A stretch of DNA of 41,251 nt. It comes from a virus. Lineage: Duplodnaviria; Heunggongvirae; Uroviricota; Caudoviricetes. The notes under the pieces were generated by a model, which worked only from the letters and a program-made list of their open reading frames with translations, was not told the origin of the DNA and did not search any database. This document shows positions 9,571-20,587 of this stretch, in pieces. Location of the stretch: the IMG/VR virus record IMGVR_UViG_2869976549_000005, one strand, 5' to 3'. Position numbers and translations under genes: made by a program. How positions within the stretch are numbered: position 1 is the first letter of the stretch; each line of letters begins with the position of its first letter.

Positions 9571-10170
9571 TCAGATACGGTATCCGATACCAACAATAAA
9601 TGCATCCGTTCGCCAGTCACCACTACCGGAACCTTCATAAGCAAGGTCAATGGTCACGGATTCGGTCGGGTTAAACTGCACGCCAGCCCCCCACGCCAGA
9701 GACGTGTTGCTGTGGCGACCGTCATCACTTCCGGTCAGCACATCGTGCGTTTTCCCCTTGTTGTCAGTTACGCGGAGATAATCCCCGGAGAAAGTCGACA
9801 CACGGCTGTAAGCCACACCCACCATCGCATACGCGCTGAACCATTCATTCACGCGTACAGACGGCCCCGCCATCACGCTGAACCAGCGGTTACGCACGGA
9901 ATCTTCATGCCAGCGGGTATCGCTGTAGTGCGTTTTTTGCTCATCCTCAGCATTGGCATAACTGAAGGACGTAATCAGCCCCAGCGCGTCCGTAAACTCA
10001 TAACGGTATTTCACGTTAATCCCGTTCAGATTATCGCTGCCGGGAGCGTTCGTACGGGCATGAAGATACCCCGCGCTCAGTGTGGACTGATGTTCAGACG
10101 CCCATGCAGGCGCACCGGATACGGACAGACAGATGGCTGCGGACAAAATGGCTGCACAAACTTTACGCAT
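9571..10170 (-). CDS. lom: Lom-family outer membrane protein (Ail/PagC/OmpX beta-barrel)
   Basis: Signal peptide MRKVCAAILSAAICLSVSGAPAWA, C-terminal ...GIGYRI; position between J and stf as in lambda. Confidence 0.85.
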   Translation of the reverse strand: MRKVCAAILSAAICLSVSGAPAWASEHQSTLSAGYLHARTNAPGSDNLNGINVKYRYEFTDALGLITSFSYANAEDEQKTHYSDTRWHEDSVRNRWFSVMAGPSVRVNEWFSAYAMVGVAYSRVSTFSGDYLRVTDNKGKTHDVLTGSDDGRHSNTSLAWGAGVQFNPTESVTIDLAYEGSGSGDWRTDAFIVGIGYRI

Positions 10171-10195
10171 AATTACCTCTCGCTTTTCTGCAATA

Positions 10196-10222
10196 AAAAA
10201 GGCGCCATTTCTGGCGCCCGTA
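10196..10222 (-). terminator. intrinsic terminator between J and lom (minus strand)
   Basis: Minus-strand GGCGCC-agaaat-GGCGCC hairpin followed by TTTTTTTAT. Confidence 0.5.
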
Positions 10223-10237
10223 TATGGGTTATAAAAT

Positions 10238-13200
10238 TCAGCTGATACTGATGCCTGCGGTGGCTTTCTTCATCACCACAACCAGCAAATCGCTGATACT
10301 TGCTGTGGGATACCAGTTATTCACCAGCCATGCTGACACCGAAAACTCCAGCGTCATGTGGCCGCGACCAGCTGGCATATCAATAACACCACTGTAAATC
10401 AGCGTATTATCCAGCGCGGTACGGTTATAAATTTCAGCACCGTTTTTCCGTACTATCAGGCGGCATGACGAATAAATATCGTTATTCTCCCGCTCATGTT
10501 TAGCGCCGCTGAATGCCACCGCCGGAATAACAATTTGCCTGTCAAAAGGCTGATCGTCATAAATCCTGACGGTAATGGTCCCTGATGGCCACCGCTCCGG
10601 TGCCCGGGAGTCCCGCGGAAAAGCCTTACCCACTGTTTTGACTATATCGCCTTCAATCTGGTTGGCTGACAGTTTCCCCTTAATCTGACAGTTCTCATTA
10701 ATTGTGACATTGTTGAGCGTCCCGGCGTTCGCATTCACACTGCCACTGATATCTGCATTTTTAGCGGTCAGTTTTCCGTCCGGTGTCAGGGAAAATGCCG
10801 GAGGATTACCGCCGCTGGTAATGGTGGGAGCCGTCAGGCGTTTCAGGAACACGTCGTTCATGAATATCTGATCGCCCTGACCAACAAACATCGGCTTTGT
10901 GTTGCCATTCGCAGGATTAATCATCGCAATCCTGTCTGCCGCCAGCAGCACCTGACTCTGCATTCCTGCTGGCGTATTCTCAATACCGGCACCGATACCC
11001 GCAATATAAAGGCGTCCGTCCTTCATCTGTTGCAGCTTCACAGCCCACATGCTGTTCAGATTATTATTTGTATCAACCTGAACCTTCTGTATCTGCTGGA
11101 TTGCCGCACTCTGGTCTTTCAGTTTCTTATTGACAGTCTGCGTGATTTCATTGCTGACATCCGTAATGGACGTCCTGATTTCAGCCAGGTCAGGCGCAAG
11201 CTGACCGTTATCAATCTGCGTCCACAGCTCCTGAGCCAGATGTGTTTTCCCTATCTCTCCTTTGAAAAAATCCAGGTAACCTTCCGCATCATCGCTCGCC
11301 CGACCGACAGCCTCCACGAATGCCGATTTGCCAACGGTGTTCACACTGCGAACGTAAAAATAATAATCATGGCCCGGTTTGATATTGATACTGGCGGCTA
11401 TCCAGTACAGCGCCGTGCCAAGATAGCGGGCGCTGGTTTCAACCTGCCTGATATCCGCAATCCGCTTTTCCGAGAACCAGAACTCAAACTGTACCGTCGG
11501 GTCATAAACGGCAAGATGCGGCGTTGCGGTTATCTGAAAATAGCCCGGCGTCAGCTCAATCCGCGACGGTGCTGCCGGTGCGGCAATCCGGAAGGTGGTG
11601 GTGGCAGGTTCACCCTGCTGGCCATAGCTGTTTATCGCCCGCACCGTCAGGGTGTATTCCCCGAGCGGCAGGCCGCTGAAACGGTGCTCCGTGTCTGCGG
11701 TGATGGCGGTGGTCACCAGTCTGGCATCCGTTCCCTTACCACTGGTCAGGCGCAGACTGAAGCGCACACCCTTCACCACCCGCGGCGTGTCCCATTTCGC
11801 CTGCGCCAGATACTGGCCGTCAGGTGCTGCACTGCCGGTGGGATGACGCTGTTCAGGGAACCTGACTGCGGCTCAAAGCGGGCACCGTTATCCACGATGG
11901 CTTCTTTTTCCAGTACGTGCTGCACCGCCGTGATGGCAAAGGTGCCGTCCGTGTTTTCCCGGACGGAGACACAGCGGAACAGGCGACGGCGCAGTGACGG
12001 CAGGGAGAGTCCCCACACCCCGTATGTCTCCACACCATCAGGCAGGGTACTGACCTGTATCCGGTCCGGCGCGGGGTGTTCGGTGATGTCCACACTCACC
12101 GGCTTACCGCTGCCGTTAATCAGGTTCACCGTGGCGGCACCGGTCTCCGGAAGTGTCACTTCACGGTCCAGCGTCAGAGTGCGGGTGGCAGCATCAATGG
12201 ACAGGACACGTCCGCCGGTCAGGGTCCCGGCATAGTCGTTATCACAGATTTCAATGATGTCACCGGGTGTGTGCCGCAGCCCCTGAGACCCGAGCGTGAA
12301 ATCCACCGTCTGCGTTTCCAGCAGTTCGGTCTTTATCACCCACAGTCCGGCACGGTGGGCCTGACCGCGGCTGGTACAGCCGAACGCGTCCATCTTCAGC
12401 AGGTTGCGTCCGTAGCGCAGTATGGCTTCCGGGTCTTCCACCAGTTCCGTGGAGGTCTGCCAGCCGTTCTGCGGGTCGGTATAATTCACCTCCACCGCCG
12501 TGTGCCGGTCCTTCAGGGCACTGAAGCTGTAGCGGAAACCCACGCCGTTATCATCCACCACCACATCGCTGTTGGTGTACGGCCACACCACATCCGACGG
12601 GCGGTCCTGAACAAACGTCAGCGTCTGGCCGTTCCATACCGGCATACAGCGCATCGCCGAGCAGAAATCACTGAGCACGTCCCATGCCTTACGCTGTTGT
12701 GCCAGGTACGCATTGAAGGTCATCCGCGGCTCGGTCTCCCCGAAACTATCCGGGACCGTCTGGTCGCAGTACTGCCCGATGGCATACAGCGCCCACTTGT
12801 CCACATCCGCCGCCCCCAGACGTTTTCCCATGCCGTAGCGCGGGTGAGTCAGCATGTCCCACAGACACCAGGCCGGATTGTTGCTGTATGCCGGTTTCAG
12901 GCTGCCGTCCCAGATACCACTGTACGTGCGTTTTTCCGGGTCATAGTTTGACGGCACCTGGATGATGCGACCGCGGATATGGTAGTTCACCGTCATCTGC
13001 TGGCCGCCGAACTGCTCCGCATCCACCTGCAGCCCCACAATGGCCGTGTTCGGGTAGCACTGTTTCACATCGATGATTTCGGTGTATGACGACCACAGCG
13101 TCTTATTCTGCAGCTGGTCCGTGGTGCTGTCCGCTGTCTCCCGGACCATCCGGATGTTAAAAGGACGGGGAGGCAGATTATCCAGAATCACCGACGCCAG

Positions 13201-13689
13201 AAACTGCGAGGTGGTCTTGCCGTTAATGGTGACATCCTTTTCTGTCACCCAGTTACCGTTACGCTGTAACTGAATCAGCAGGCGGACGGATGTCGGGTTT
13301 CGGTCACCCTTTGACGTGGTCTGCACCAGTGACTGCACCCCGAAGGTAACCCGCAGGCGGTCAATGTTCGCGGACGTAATGGTGCGCGTCACCGGTTTTG
13401 CCTTCGTCACTTCCACGCCCAGTCCGGTTTCAGCACCGGAGGACTCAAAGCCTTCCGGTGGTGTCTGCTCCTGCTCCCCGGCGCGTCAGACCGCCGTCAC
13501 ACCGTGTATCACGGGATTACCGTCCGTGTCCGTCAGCGGGGTTTTGTTCACCAGGATACTCTGCAGTCCCTTCACCGGACCTTCTATCAGTCCCTCACCA
13601 ATCGCATCAATCACGCTCATCATCTGCGTGGATTTGAGATTATCCTTCGCCTCACGAGGCGTGTGTGCCTTACCGCCACCTTTTCCCAT
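10238..13689 (-). pseudogene. J: tail tip / host specificity protein J, inactivated (in-frame TGA plus frameshifting deletion)
   Basis: Three ORFs (13689-13486, 13416-11773, 11779-10238) together align with lambda J; in-frame TGA at 13486-13488; frame change near 11790 where ~26-28 nt of lambda sequence is missing. Confidence 0.85.
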
Positions 13690-13894
13690 ACAGCCTTCCC
13701 CTGAATAAATTAACCGCCACTTGCCATTCCGTACAGAAGTCGGATATCCTTCGCCCGAAAAGCATGAAACACATTTCTGCCATGCTAAAGAGAAACCCCG
13801 GTATCAGCAGATACCGGGGTTTTCTTTCATGCCCACCGATAATCCTGTTGGTTAAAACCGGTAATGGCATAAAAATTCTGAATATCTTCACATT

Positions 13895-13922
13895 TTCACA
13901 AACTGACTGTGGCGCGTATAAT
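13895..13922 (+). promoter_or_regulatory. candidate plus-strand promoter (TTCACA - 16 bp - TATAAT) inside the I-J intergenic insertion
   Basis: Perfect -10 TATAAT at 13917-13922, -35-like TTCACA at 13895-13900. Confidence 0.3.
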
Positions 13923-13987
13923 TTCTCTGCGTTAATTTTTTTGTCGTGATATAAGAATAATTCCTTACACTTAATCTTCGTAACTCT

Positions 13988-14026
13988 CCCGCAGTTCCTG
14001 TCCGCGATCACTGCGGGATTTTTTTA
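13988..14026 (+). terminator. plus-strand intrinsic terminator (8-bp-stem hairpin + T7)
   Basis: CCCGCAGT...ACTGCGGG followed by ATTTTTTTA; ~95 nt downstream of the candidate promoter. Confidence 0.4.
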
Positions 14027-14032
14027 TTCTTT

Positions 14033-14713
14033 TTACCCCTGCCGCCCGATAACCACGACCTTTCCGCCCCCGCCTTCATCACGGGTGCTGATGTCCTGGG
14101 ATATACGGCGGGAGCCAACCAGCATTTCCCCGTAAGGCACCGGCATCGGGTTCCCCTGGGCAATCATGTTATCCAGTGAGGAAAAGTACGTGTTCTGTCT
14201 GCCGTTATCCGTTGCGCGGTAATCCGGTGTTTTTGCCTTCGGGGCCAGCATCTGGGCCACACCGCCCAGAATCATGCTGGCTCCAAGTGAAAACAGCATC
14301 GTGGTGGCAGAAAAACCACCGGCTGCCAGGGCTGAACCCCATAACGCCATTGATGCCCCGGCAGTGAAGAAAGAGCCCACGATGGCTGCCGCCCCCAGCA
14401 CAATCTGCAGTCCACCCTTTCCGGCCCCGGCCAGTCGCGGCACAATGTGGATGACCGTTCCCTCACCCAGCTGTTCGTGAAGACGGGCGTACACCGCCTC
14501 CGGTGCCGTGTCATAACCGGCAATACGTATCTGGTACCAGCCTTCGTTCATCTGACGGCGAAAGCCCGGCATCTGCATCGACAGGGCGCGAATGGCTTCC
14601 GCTGCCGTGTTCACATACAGGCTGAGGCGGCGGCCAAATCGTTGTAAATCCCCGTGAAGGCAGATGCGTGCCAGTGGCGGTGACGCCAGACTGAATGCGT
14701 TCGTCGTTGCCAT
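14033..14713 (-). CDS. I: tail assembly protein I
   Basis: 226 aa, Gly/Ala-rich hydrophobic C-terminal half, position between K and J. Confidence 0.85.
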   Translation of the reverse strand: MATTNAFSLASPPLARICLHGDLQRFGRRLSLYVNTAAEAIRALSMQMPGFRRQMNEGWYQIRIAGYDTAPEAVYARLHEQLGEGTVIHIVPRLAGAGKGGLQIVLGAAAIVGSFFTAGASMALWGSALAAGGFSATTMLFSLGASMILGGVAQMLAPKAKTPDYRATDNGRQNTYFSSLDNMIAQGNPMPVPYGEMLVGSRRISQDISTRDEGGGGKVVVIGRQG

Positions 14714-15354
14714 TTTTCGGAATACCTCTCCCGTTTACTCAGTTGTTCAGGCAGATGGTGAAGCAGCTCACCGTTGCCGCAGTAAATGGCGGCATGGTTC
14801 GGTACCGAAGCACCAAAGCAGCACAGCAGAATATCGCCCGCCTGTGCAGAGGACAGGGGCACCCGGTAAAAGCCGGTGACCGCCATATTGTCCAGGTAAA
14901 GGTTCTGACCGTTGCGCCACCAGTCATCCTCGCGATGAAAATCCGGCATTTCAGTCCCCGCCAGATGATAAGCATCCCGGAACAGCGTGTAACAGTCCGT
15001 CACCCCGTGCTCAAAGCGCCGTCCTGTCAGATGTGGCACACAGCGGAATTTGTGAATGTCACCCCGGCAGACCAACCACCAGGGCAGTGCGCTTTTTATC
15101 TGCAACCGCCGGTCAGCCTCGCTCAGCCAGGGCAGCCCACCGGGATGACTGTGGACCAGTGCCACAATCTCCCCCTGCATCTCTGCCCGCAGCCAGTCTT
15201 CCGGTGCGATACGAAAATACGCCTCCGGCTCTGCGGAAATATTCACACAAGGGATATACCGCTCCCCCTCCGGCGTGCTTATCACGAAGCCGCACGACTC
15301 CGCAGGCGCACACCGCCGGGCATGTGCCAGAATCGCTGATTCAGTCTGTGTCAT
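14611..15354 (-). CDS. K: tail assembly protein K (NlpC/P60-type peptidase domain)
   Basis: MTQTESAILAHARRCAPAESCGFV... matches lambda K; start 15354 chosen over the longer upstream-extended ORF. Confidence 0.85.
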   Translation of the reverse strand: MTQTESAILAHARRCAPAESCGFVISTPEGERYIPCVNISAEPEAYFRIAPEDWLRAEMQGEIVALVHSHPGGLPWLSEADRRLQIKSALPWWLVCRGDIHKFRCVPHLTGRRFEHGVTDCYTLFRDAYHLAGTEMPDFHREDDWWRNGQNLYLDNMAVTGFYRVPLSSAQAGDILLCCFGASVPNHAAIYCGNGELLHHLPEQLSKRERYSEKWQRRTHSVWRHRHWHASAFTGIYNDLAAASACM

Positions 15355-15364
15355 AAACCGGGAT

Positions 15365-16063
15365 TTACTGCGAAAGTTTATTAATGGAAAGGAAACCGCC
15401 AAAATTGCCGACATTCCTGCGCAGTTCACACCCGCGCATGCACTTGCTGCATCTGTCCTTACGGATATCCGTGGTGGGGTTGTCGAACTCATCCGCCACC
15501 GCAGGACCGTTATACCCGCATTCATCTCCCCGGTAATCCCACATACAGGTGTTCGCCAGCATGATGCGACCGGGAAACAGCGCCCCGTCCGTCTCGGTCG
15601 GTGTAGCCAGCACAAACGAGGCCGTCATGGCTGTCAGCTGCGACATCTGCTCCACCACCCAGCGGTCACTCAGCTCCTGCTCCGGGTCCGCCTCCGGATT
15701 GCCCGCAACGAAATTCACCGCATCCAGAAAACGGGCATACACCCGGCGGCGGACCACCGTGGCCCCCACCAGACTCTGCAGGTCTTCCGCCATCCCGGTG
15801 ACCAGACCGAACAGATTGGACACCGTCAGCGACGGTCTGGCACTGCTGCCCCGGCCGTTCATCTCAAAGCCGCTGCCGTCAATCGGGTATGCCTCATACT
15901 TACGCCCCTGCCAGGTGACCGGCTCCCCTTTTTCATTCAGCTCATTACAGAAAAAATACCGCTCACCACCCTGTACCGTCAGGTCGATTTCCCAGAGTAC
16001 CACCCGCGGTGACTGCTCTGACTTAACCGACTCGTTCAGACTTTCTTCGCGAATATCCTGCAT
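15365..16063 (-). CDS. L: minor tail protein L
   Basis: MQDIREESLNE...FGGFLSINKLSQ, near-collinear with lambda L. Confidence 0.9.
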   Translation of the reverse strand: MQDIREESLNESVKSEQSPRVVLWEIDLTVQGGERYFFCNELNEKGEPVTWQGRKYEAYPIDGSGFEMNGRGSSARPSLTVSNLFGLVTGMAEDLQSLVGATVVRRRVYARFLDAVNFVAGNPEADPEQELSDRWVVEQMSQLTAMTASFVLATPTETDGALFPGRIMLANTCMWDYRGDECGYNGPAVADEFDNPTTDIRKDRCSKCMRGCELRRNVGNFGGFLSINKLSQ

Positions 16064-16392
16064 CAGTTCACCACCTGCTTAAACTCCGCGCTGAACTCAA
16101 CGCGCAACATCCCGACCCGCGCAGACCACCCGGCACAGGTCACCTTTATCTGCCGGTATGCATAGGGTGGCTTCCACAAAAATGCCTTCCAGCCACCGTG
16201 CTCTGCCAGGAACGCTTCCAGATGCCGGGCCTCCTCCCGGGTCACGGAAAGCGTCACCCTGTATGTTTTCAGGTCAGCATTCAGCCCTGCCGCCATACGC
16301 TGTGAGTACCCGTCACCAAAACGCACTTCACGCACCGATGGCTGCGAGTTCACCTCCATATCCGGCTTCACTTTCCAGCGAAAGGTTTTCAT
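16063..16392 (-). CDS. M: minor tail protein M
   Basis: 109 aa, position and sequence like lambda M. Confidence 0.85.
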   Translation of the reverse strand: MKTFRWKVKPDMEVNSQPSVREVRFGDGYSQRMAAGLNADLKTYRVTLSVTREEARHLEAFLAEHGGWKAFLWKPPYAYRQIKVTCAGWSARVGMLRVEFSAEFKQVVN

Positions 16393-18962
16393 CCACCGCT
16401 CCCTGATAACATACCGCCATCACGCAACTGCAGCCGGAGTTCATCCTGTGCCCCCTTGCGGGCCATCTCATACACCGCTTTCATCAGCTGCGGCCCTGCC
16501 CGCCCGTTGGGGCCGTCGTTCTGAATCACCACGTGATTGTTCTGATTAAAATTAATGCCTTCCGCCCGCCGCATCTGCGCCGGACTTCCGGCACCGCCGA
16601 CATAACCACCTTCCGCATAGCCCCGCATCAGGCGGTACAGATTGCCGACACCAATCCGGCTGGTCGCCTCCTTCGTGAAGACAAACTCCCCGCGATGAAC
16701 AATCCCCGCAGGTTCATATTTACCCCCCGTCCCCGTAAATCCCCCGGTCGCGAAATGGAAGTTCGCCGCCGCAGCCTGAATGGCCGTCCCCGTGGAGGCA
16801 GACGCACCACCACCGAAAGCACCGCCAATGGCGCTGCCGATACTCCCGACTATCCCCACCATCGCCTGCTTCAGAAAAATCTCTGTCAGCATGGACAGCA
16901 CAGAACGGGTGAAACCACGCCAGTTCTGTTCGCTGCCGATCAGCATCGCTGCCATATTCTGTGCAATACCGTCAAAGGTCTGCGTGGCCGCGTTTTTAAC
17001 CTGCGAAAAACTGTCCGTCGCACTTTCCGCCCACTCGCCCCAGCCGGACTTCATCCCGGCCATCCAGCTTCCACGAAGCTGCTCCTCCGCAGACCAGGTG
17101 TTCTTCAGTGCAGATGTGGCCTTCGCCAGCGCAGCCGGATTATCACCGTACACCTCACGAAGGCGCTGCTCTTCCGACTCCCGCTGCGCCTGACGGTCGG
17201 TGAGTCCGCGGGCTTTTGCGCTGATTGCCGCCTGCTTCGCGCTCTGCTGCTGTTCAAACCGCGCCGCCTGCTGTGCCAGCTCATTCAGCCGTTTCTGGTG
17301 TTCAATCTTGTCGCCCAGCTCAGCCAGCTGGCGTTTGTACTCCAGCGTTTCTTTCTCATGGGCCAGCAGGGATTTTTCCTGCTCAGATAACTGCCGTTTC
17401 GTGGCGGCCTCTTTCAGGACCACATACTGATTTTCCGCTTTCCATAAATCACGGCGCTGCTGGCTGATTTTTTCATTCGCACCGCTGTGCTTCTCCAGCG
17501 TCCTGAGCTCAGTTTCAAGCGCCAGCAGGGCTGCATGCGCCTGGTCTTCCTGGCGCTCACCGGCAGACACCTTCACACCGGACGGCTTTTTCTGCGTCGA
17601 CTCATAATCCTTTTTTGCCGACGCCATCAGCGTGTTGTAATCCGCCTGCAGGATTTTCCCGTCTTTCAGGGCCTTATTCAGCTCTTCCTGCCGGGCGGTA
17701 TATTTCTCCAGTGGCGTCAGCAGGCGCTCATACGCCTTCTGCGCCTCTCCGGTATACTTCAGCTGTGACGACTCACGCTCAGCCCTGTCCCTTGCCGCCA
17801 GTTCACCGGCTTTTTCCATATCCGACTGCAGCGTTGCCGCTGCCAGACCCAGACGGGCATTTTCCCGGTCATCCCATGCGCCCTGAAGGTTGGCCCGGAA
17901 AGAGGAGGTTTTACCGCGGCGCTGGCTCCGACTCTGGTACCACTGCCATTTTTTATCCGCCTCATCAAATGCCTTCTGCGCACTGGCGAGCATATCCGCT
18001 GAGGATTCCGGACGACCGATATCCAGAATGGCATCCCACATCGATTTGAATGCCTTCCCTGTTTTATCCGCCCAGGTCTCCAGTGTTCCCATGTTTTCTT
18101 TCAGGCGACGGGTCTGCTCATCAAAGCCTTTCGTGGCGATATCGTTCGCCGCCTGCAATGCCCCGGCCTCGTCTCCGGAACGCTGCAGCTGTGCAACATA
18201 CGCAATCTGCTCTGCCGTCACGTTACGGAACTGGCGCGCCATCGCCATCAGTCCCGACGTCGGGTCAGTGGTCAGCTTCCCGAAGGCTTCAGCGACTTTA
18301 TCCACCTCCACACCGGATGCAGACGCAAAACGCGCGACACTCTGGTTGATGGCATCAAACTGTTCACCACCACGCACACCGGCATTCACCAGGGCTGCCA
18401 GTGACTCTCTCGCCTGGTTAAACGTCAGCCCTGCTGCCTGCCCGGCTCTTGAGAGAGTCAGCATACGATCGGCAGTCAGTCCGGACTGATTACCGGAAAG
18501 AACCAGGGTTTTATTAAACGCTGAAAGCGTGGAATCTCCCTGGTACCAGGCGTACACCAGTGCACCTGTCGCCACCGCCAGCGAGGTGACCCCGACCATC
18601 GGCAGGGTGATCGCATCGGCAAGCCCCCTGAACATGGGGATCATCCCGCCGAAGGAGTCCTTCACCTGACCGCCCTGTTGCAGCAGGATCAGCCAGGGAT
18701 TCTGACCACCGGCAAGCTGCGTGGCGATATCCGTAAACTGTGCGGGCAGGGTTCGCATGGCCGCTTTATACTGCCCGACGGAAATCCCGGCTTTTTGTGC
18801 AGCCAGCGCCTGGCGGCTCAGGCCCTGTTCAACAGCACTGGCGGTTTTTCTGGCGTCGGTATCCAGACCTGAAAAATGACGCCTTACCCGGCTCATCTGC
18901 TCATCGAAACGGACAGCATCCAGACTCAGGTCAATAACAAGATCACCAACCGGCTGGGACAT
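16389..18962 (-). CDS. H: tail tape measure protein H
   Basis: 857 aa, coiled-coil-rich middle, Gly-rich C-terminal region; position as lambda H. Confidence 0.85.
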   Translation of the reverse strand: MSQPVGDLVIDLSLDAVRFDEQMSRVRRHFSGLDTDARKTASAVEQGLSRQALAAQKAGISVGQYKAAMRTLPAQFTDIATQLAGGQNPWLILLQQGGQVKDSFGGMIPMFRGLADAITLPMVGVTSLAVATGALVYAWYQGDSTLSAFNKTLVLSGNQSGLTADRMLTLSRAGQAAGLTFNQARESLAALVNAGVRGGEQFDAINQSVARFASASGVEVDKVAEAFGKLTTDPTSGLMAMARQFRNVTAEQIAYVAQLQRSGDEAGALQAANDIATKGFDEQTRRLKENMGTLETWADKTGKAFKSMWDAILDIGRPESSADMLASAQKAFDEADKKWQWYQSRSQRRGKTSSFRANLQGAWDDRENARLGLAAATLQSDMEKAGELAARDRAERESSQLKYTGEAQKAYERLLTPLEKYTARQEELNKALKDGKILQADYNTLMASAKKDYESTQKKPSGVKVSAGERQEDQAHAALLALETELRTLEKHSGANEKISQQRRDLWKAENQYVVLKEAATKRQLSEQEKSLLAHEKETLEYKRQLAELGDKIEHQKRLNELAQQAARFEQQQSAKQAAISAKARGLTDRQAQRESEEQRLREVYGDNPAALAKATSALKNTWSAEEQLRGSWMAGMKSGWGEWAESATDSFSQVKNAATQTFDGIAQNMAAMLIGSEQNWRGFTRSVLSMLTEIFLKQAMVGIVGSIGSAIGGAFGGGASASTGTAIQAAAANFHFATGGFTGTGGKYEPAGIVHRGEFVFTKEATSRIGVGNLYRLMRGYAEGGYVGGAGSPAQMRRAEGINFNQNNHVVIQNDGPNGRAGPQLMKAVYEMARKGAQDELRLQLRDGGMLSGSGG

Positions 18963-19814
18963 ATCTCACACCTCCCGGAATCCCCGCTGAAGCCATCATT
19001 AATGCGGCATCATCCACCATGACATCCGCCACATCCGCAGACGATAAAATATCGCGCCCTCCGTCCCCACCGAACCGGACGCCTCCGGCAAGTCCTGCCG
19101 CTTTCTGCATCAGCATTTTGTCCTCATCCGGCCTCTCCACCTGCTCTTCCTCATGCCGGGGGACAAGCAGACTGAAATCAGAGGGATGCATATCCGGATC
19201 GCAAAAAAACAGGCTGAGTACAGCGTACGTCAGCCCGGAAAAATGCATATCCAGCTGGGTATCCTGAAAATAATGCGTGCGGTAAAAACGGTGCCAGTCG
19301 GCATATTCGGTGGATGTCATCCCGGCAAGCATGGCGCGCCAGTCGGGTCTCCCCATCTCACGCGCCAGTCTGAGGGCAAAGTTCAGCTCGCCGTCGAAGA
19401 CTTTCCCGCAGAAAAATCATCATCAATCAGCGTGTTATTTTTCGCCACTTCAGTAATATCAGTATCCGGACGAACAGCTTCGATCATCCCGGACAGGCAC
19501 AACACCACGTCTTCCGCCCGGGCAATGGCATCGGCAGGCCAGGTGGTGAGCACTTCCTGCTCTATCTTCATCACGGCCTCATTCATTGACGGTGACTGCG
19601 TTTTCTGTGGATGGTTATGCCACAGGGACATCGCCACCAGAAACGCGCCGGTTCTGACGAGATCTTCCACGCTTACCTGCAGGTTGCCGCTGGATTCTGC
19701 CTGTTCTGCACGCCGTTTCAGGAGGGCAAGATGCTCGATACGCTGCAGCGCAGACAATTCGGAAAGCGTGACAGACACACCGTTATATTCAAATTGTTCT
19801 GTTTTCAGAAACAT
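18943..19814 (-). CDS. T: tail assembly chaperone G-T fusion produced by programmed -1 frameshift
   Basis: Slippery heptamer G GGA AAG (plus-strand CTTTCCC 19401-19407) 16 nt before the G stop; T frame open 18943-19356. Confidence 0.75.
19383..19814 (-). CDS. G: tail assembly chaperone G
   Basis: 143 aa, MFLKTEQFEYNGVSVTLSELSALQRIEHL... Confidence 0.85.
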   Translation of the reverse strand: MFLKTEQFEYNGVSVTLSELSALQRIEHLALLKRRAEQAESSGNLQVSVEDLVRTGAFLVAMSLWHNHPQKTQSPSMNEAVMKIEQEVLTTWPADAIARAEDVVLCLSGMIEAVRPDTDITEVAKNNTLIDDDFSAGKSSTAS

Positions 19815-19827
19815 GTATTACCTCCGT

Positions 19828-20580
19828 TTACCCTGCAGCGCCCGCTTCAGTAACGGTGACTTCAGCCACTGCGGCGAACTGACCATTTCCGCTCACCACA
19901 GGGATCTGCACCTTACCTGTCGCCACGCCGTTTACCGTAATTGTCATATCTTTCACACTAATGGTGGCTTTCGACGGATCGGCGGAAACCGCTCTGAACG
20001 TCTTGTCGGTTGCACTTTCCGGCTCAAAAGAAACCGTCAGGGTGGTTGTTTTCCCTTTTGCCACCGTACCGGATGTCGGCGTCACCTTAATCGCACTGAC
20101 CGGCGTAATTTTGCTGCGTTCTTCCGCTACAGAAGGTTTACCCACGTTAGTGACTTTCACCGTGCGGGTGATCACTTCTTTCGCCGTCACGGCCTTACCG
20201 ATACTGCTGACCCAGCCACGAAACACATCCACCGTGCCATTCGGAAAACGGATTTTATAGGCCCGGACATCGCCGCTTTCAAACCAGCCTATAAGCCCTT
20301 TCTGGCCTTCCTCTCCCGGTTTCCAGGCCAGCGTAAAACTGGTATCACCTGCAGATTTCTGCCCCTGCCCGGTCGCGCTCCAGTCCGCGTCTTCATCATC
20401 CAGGTAGTTATCATCATAGGATTCAGCCGTCATCTCGCCCGGCGTCAGATCCTTCACCTTAGCCAGTCGCTGCCAGTCATCGTCTGACAACGGGTTTGCA
20501 TAAGCATCAGCCTTGCCGTTGTAAACCCACAGAGTGGTACCGGCACCTTTTACCGGCTCCAGGGGATTTGGTGTTGCCAT
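19828..20580 (-). CDS. V: major tail protein V (with C-terminal Ig-like domain)
   Basis: [22 protein letters not shown]... close to lambda V. Confidence 0.9.
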   Translation of the reverse strand: MATPNPLEPVKGAGTTLWVYNGKADAYANPLSDDDWQRLAKVKDLTPGEMTAESYDDNYLDDEDADWSATGQGQKSAGDTSFTLAWKPGEEGQKGLIGWFESGDVRAYKIRFPNGTVDVFRGWVSSIGKAVTAKEVITRTVKVTNVGKPSVAEERSKITPVSAIKVTPTSGTVAKGKTTTLTVSFEPESATDKTFRAVSADPSKATISVKDMTITVNGVATGKVQIPVVSGNGQFAAVAEVTVTEAGAAG

Positions 20581-20587
20581 ATCGTCC

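Noticed and set aside
9568-10245. Plus-strand 225-aa ORF overlapping lom
   Set aside because: Exactly antisense to lom, which has a signal peptide and conserved beta-barrel C-terminus
11030-12951. Plus-strand ORFs of 401 aa and 291 aa antisense to J
   Set aside because: Antisense to a well-supported tail gene; Arg/Pro/Gly-rich composition typical of reverse-strand frames in GC-rich coding DNA
14611-15615. 334-aa version of the K ORF starting at 15615
   Set aside because: Upstream 87 codons overlap the L gene region and lack homology; the conserved K N-terminus MTQTESAIL starts at 15354
19153-20487. Plus-strand 444-aa ORF antisense to the G, T and V genes
   Set aside because: Antisense shadow ORF spanning three established tail genes; no RBS or coherent protein features
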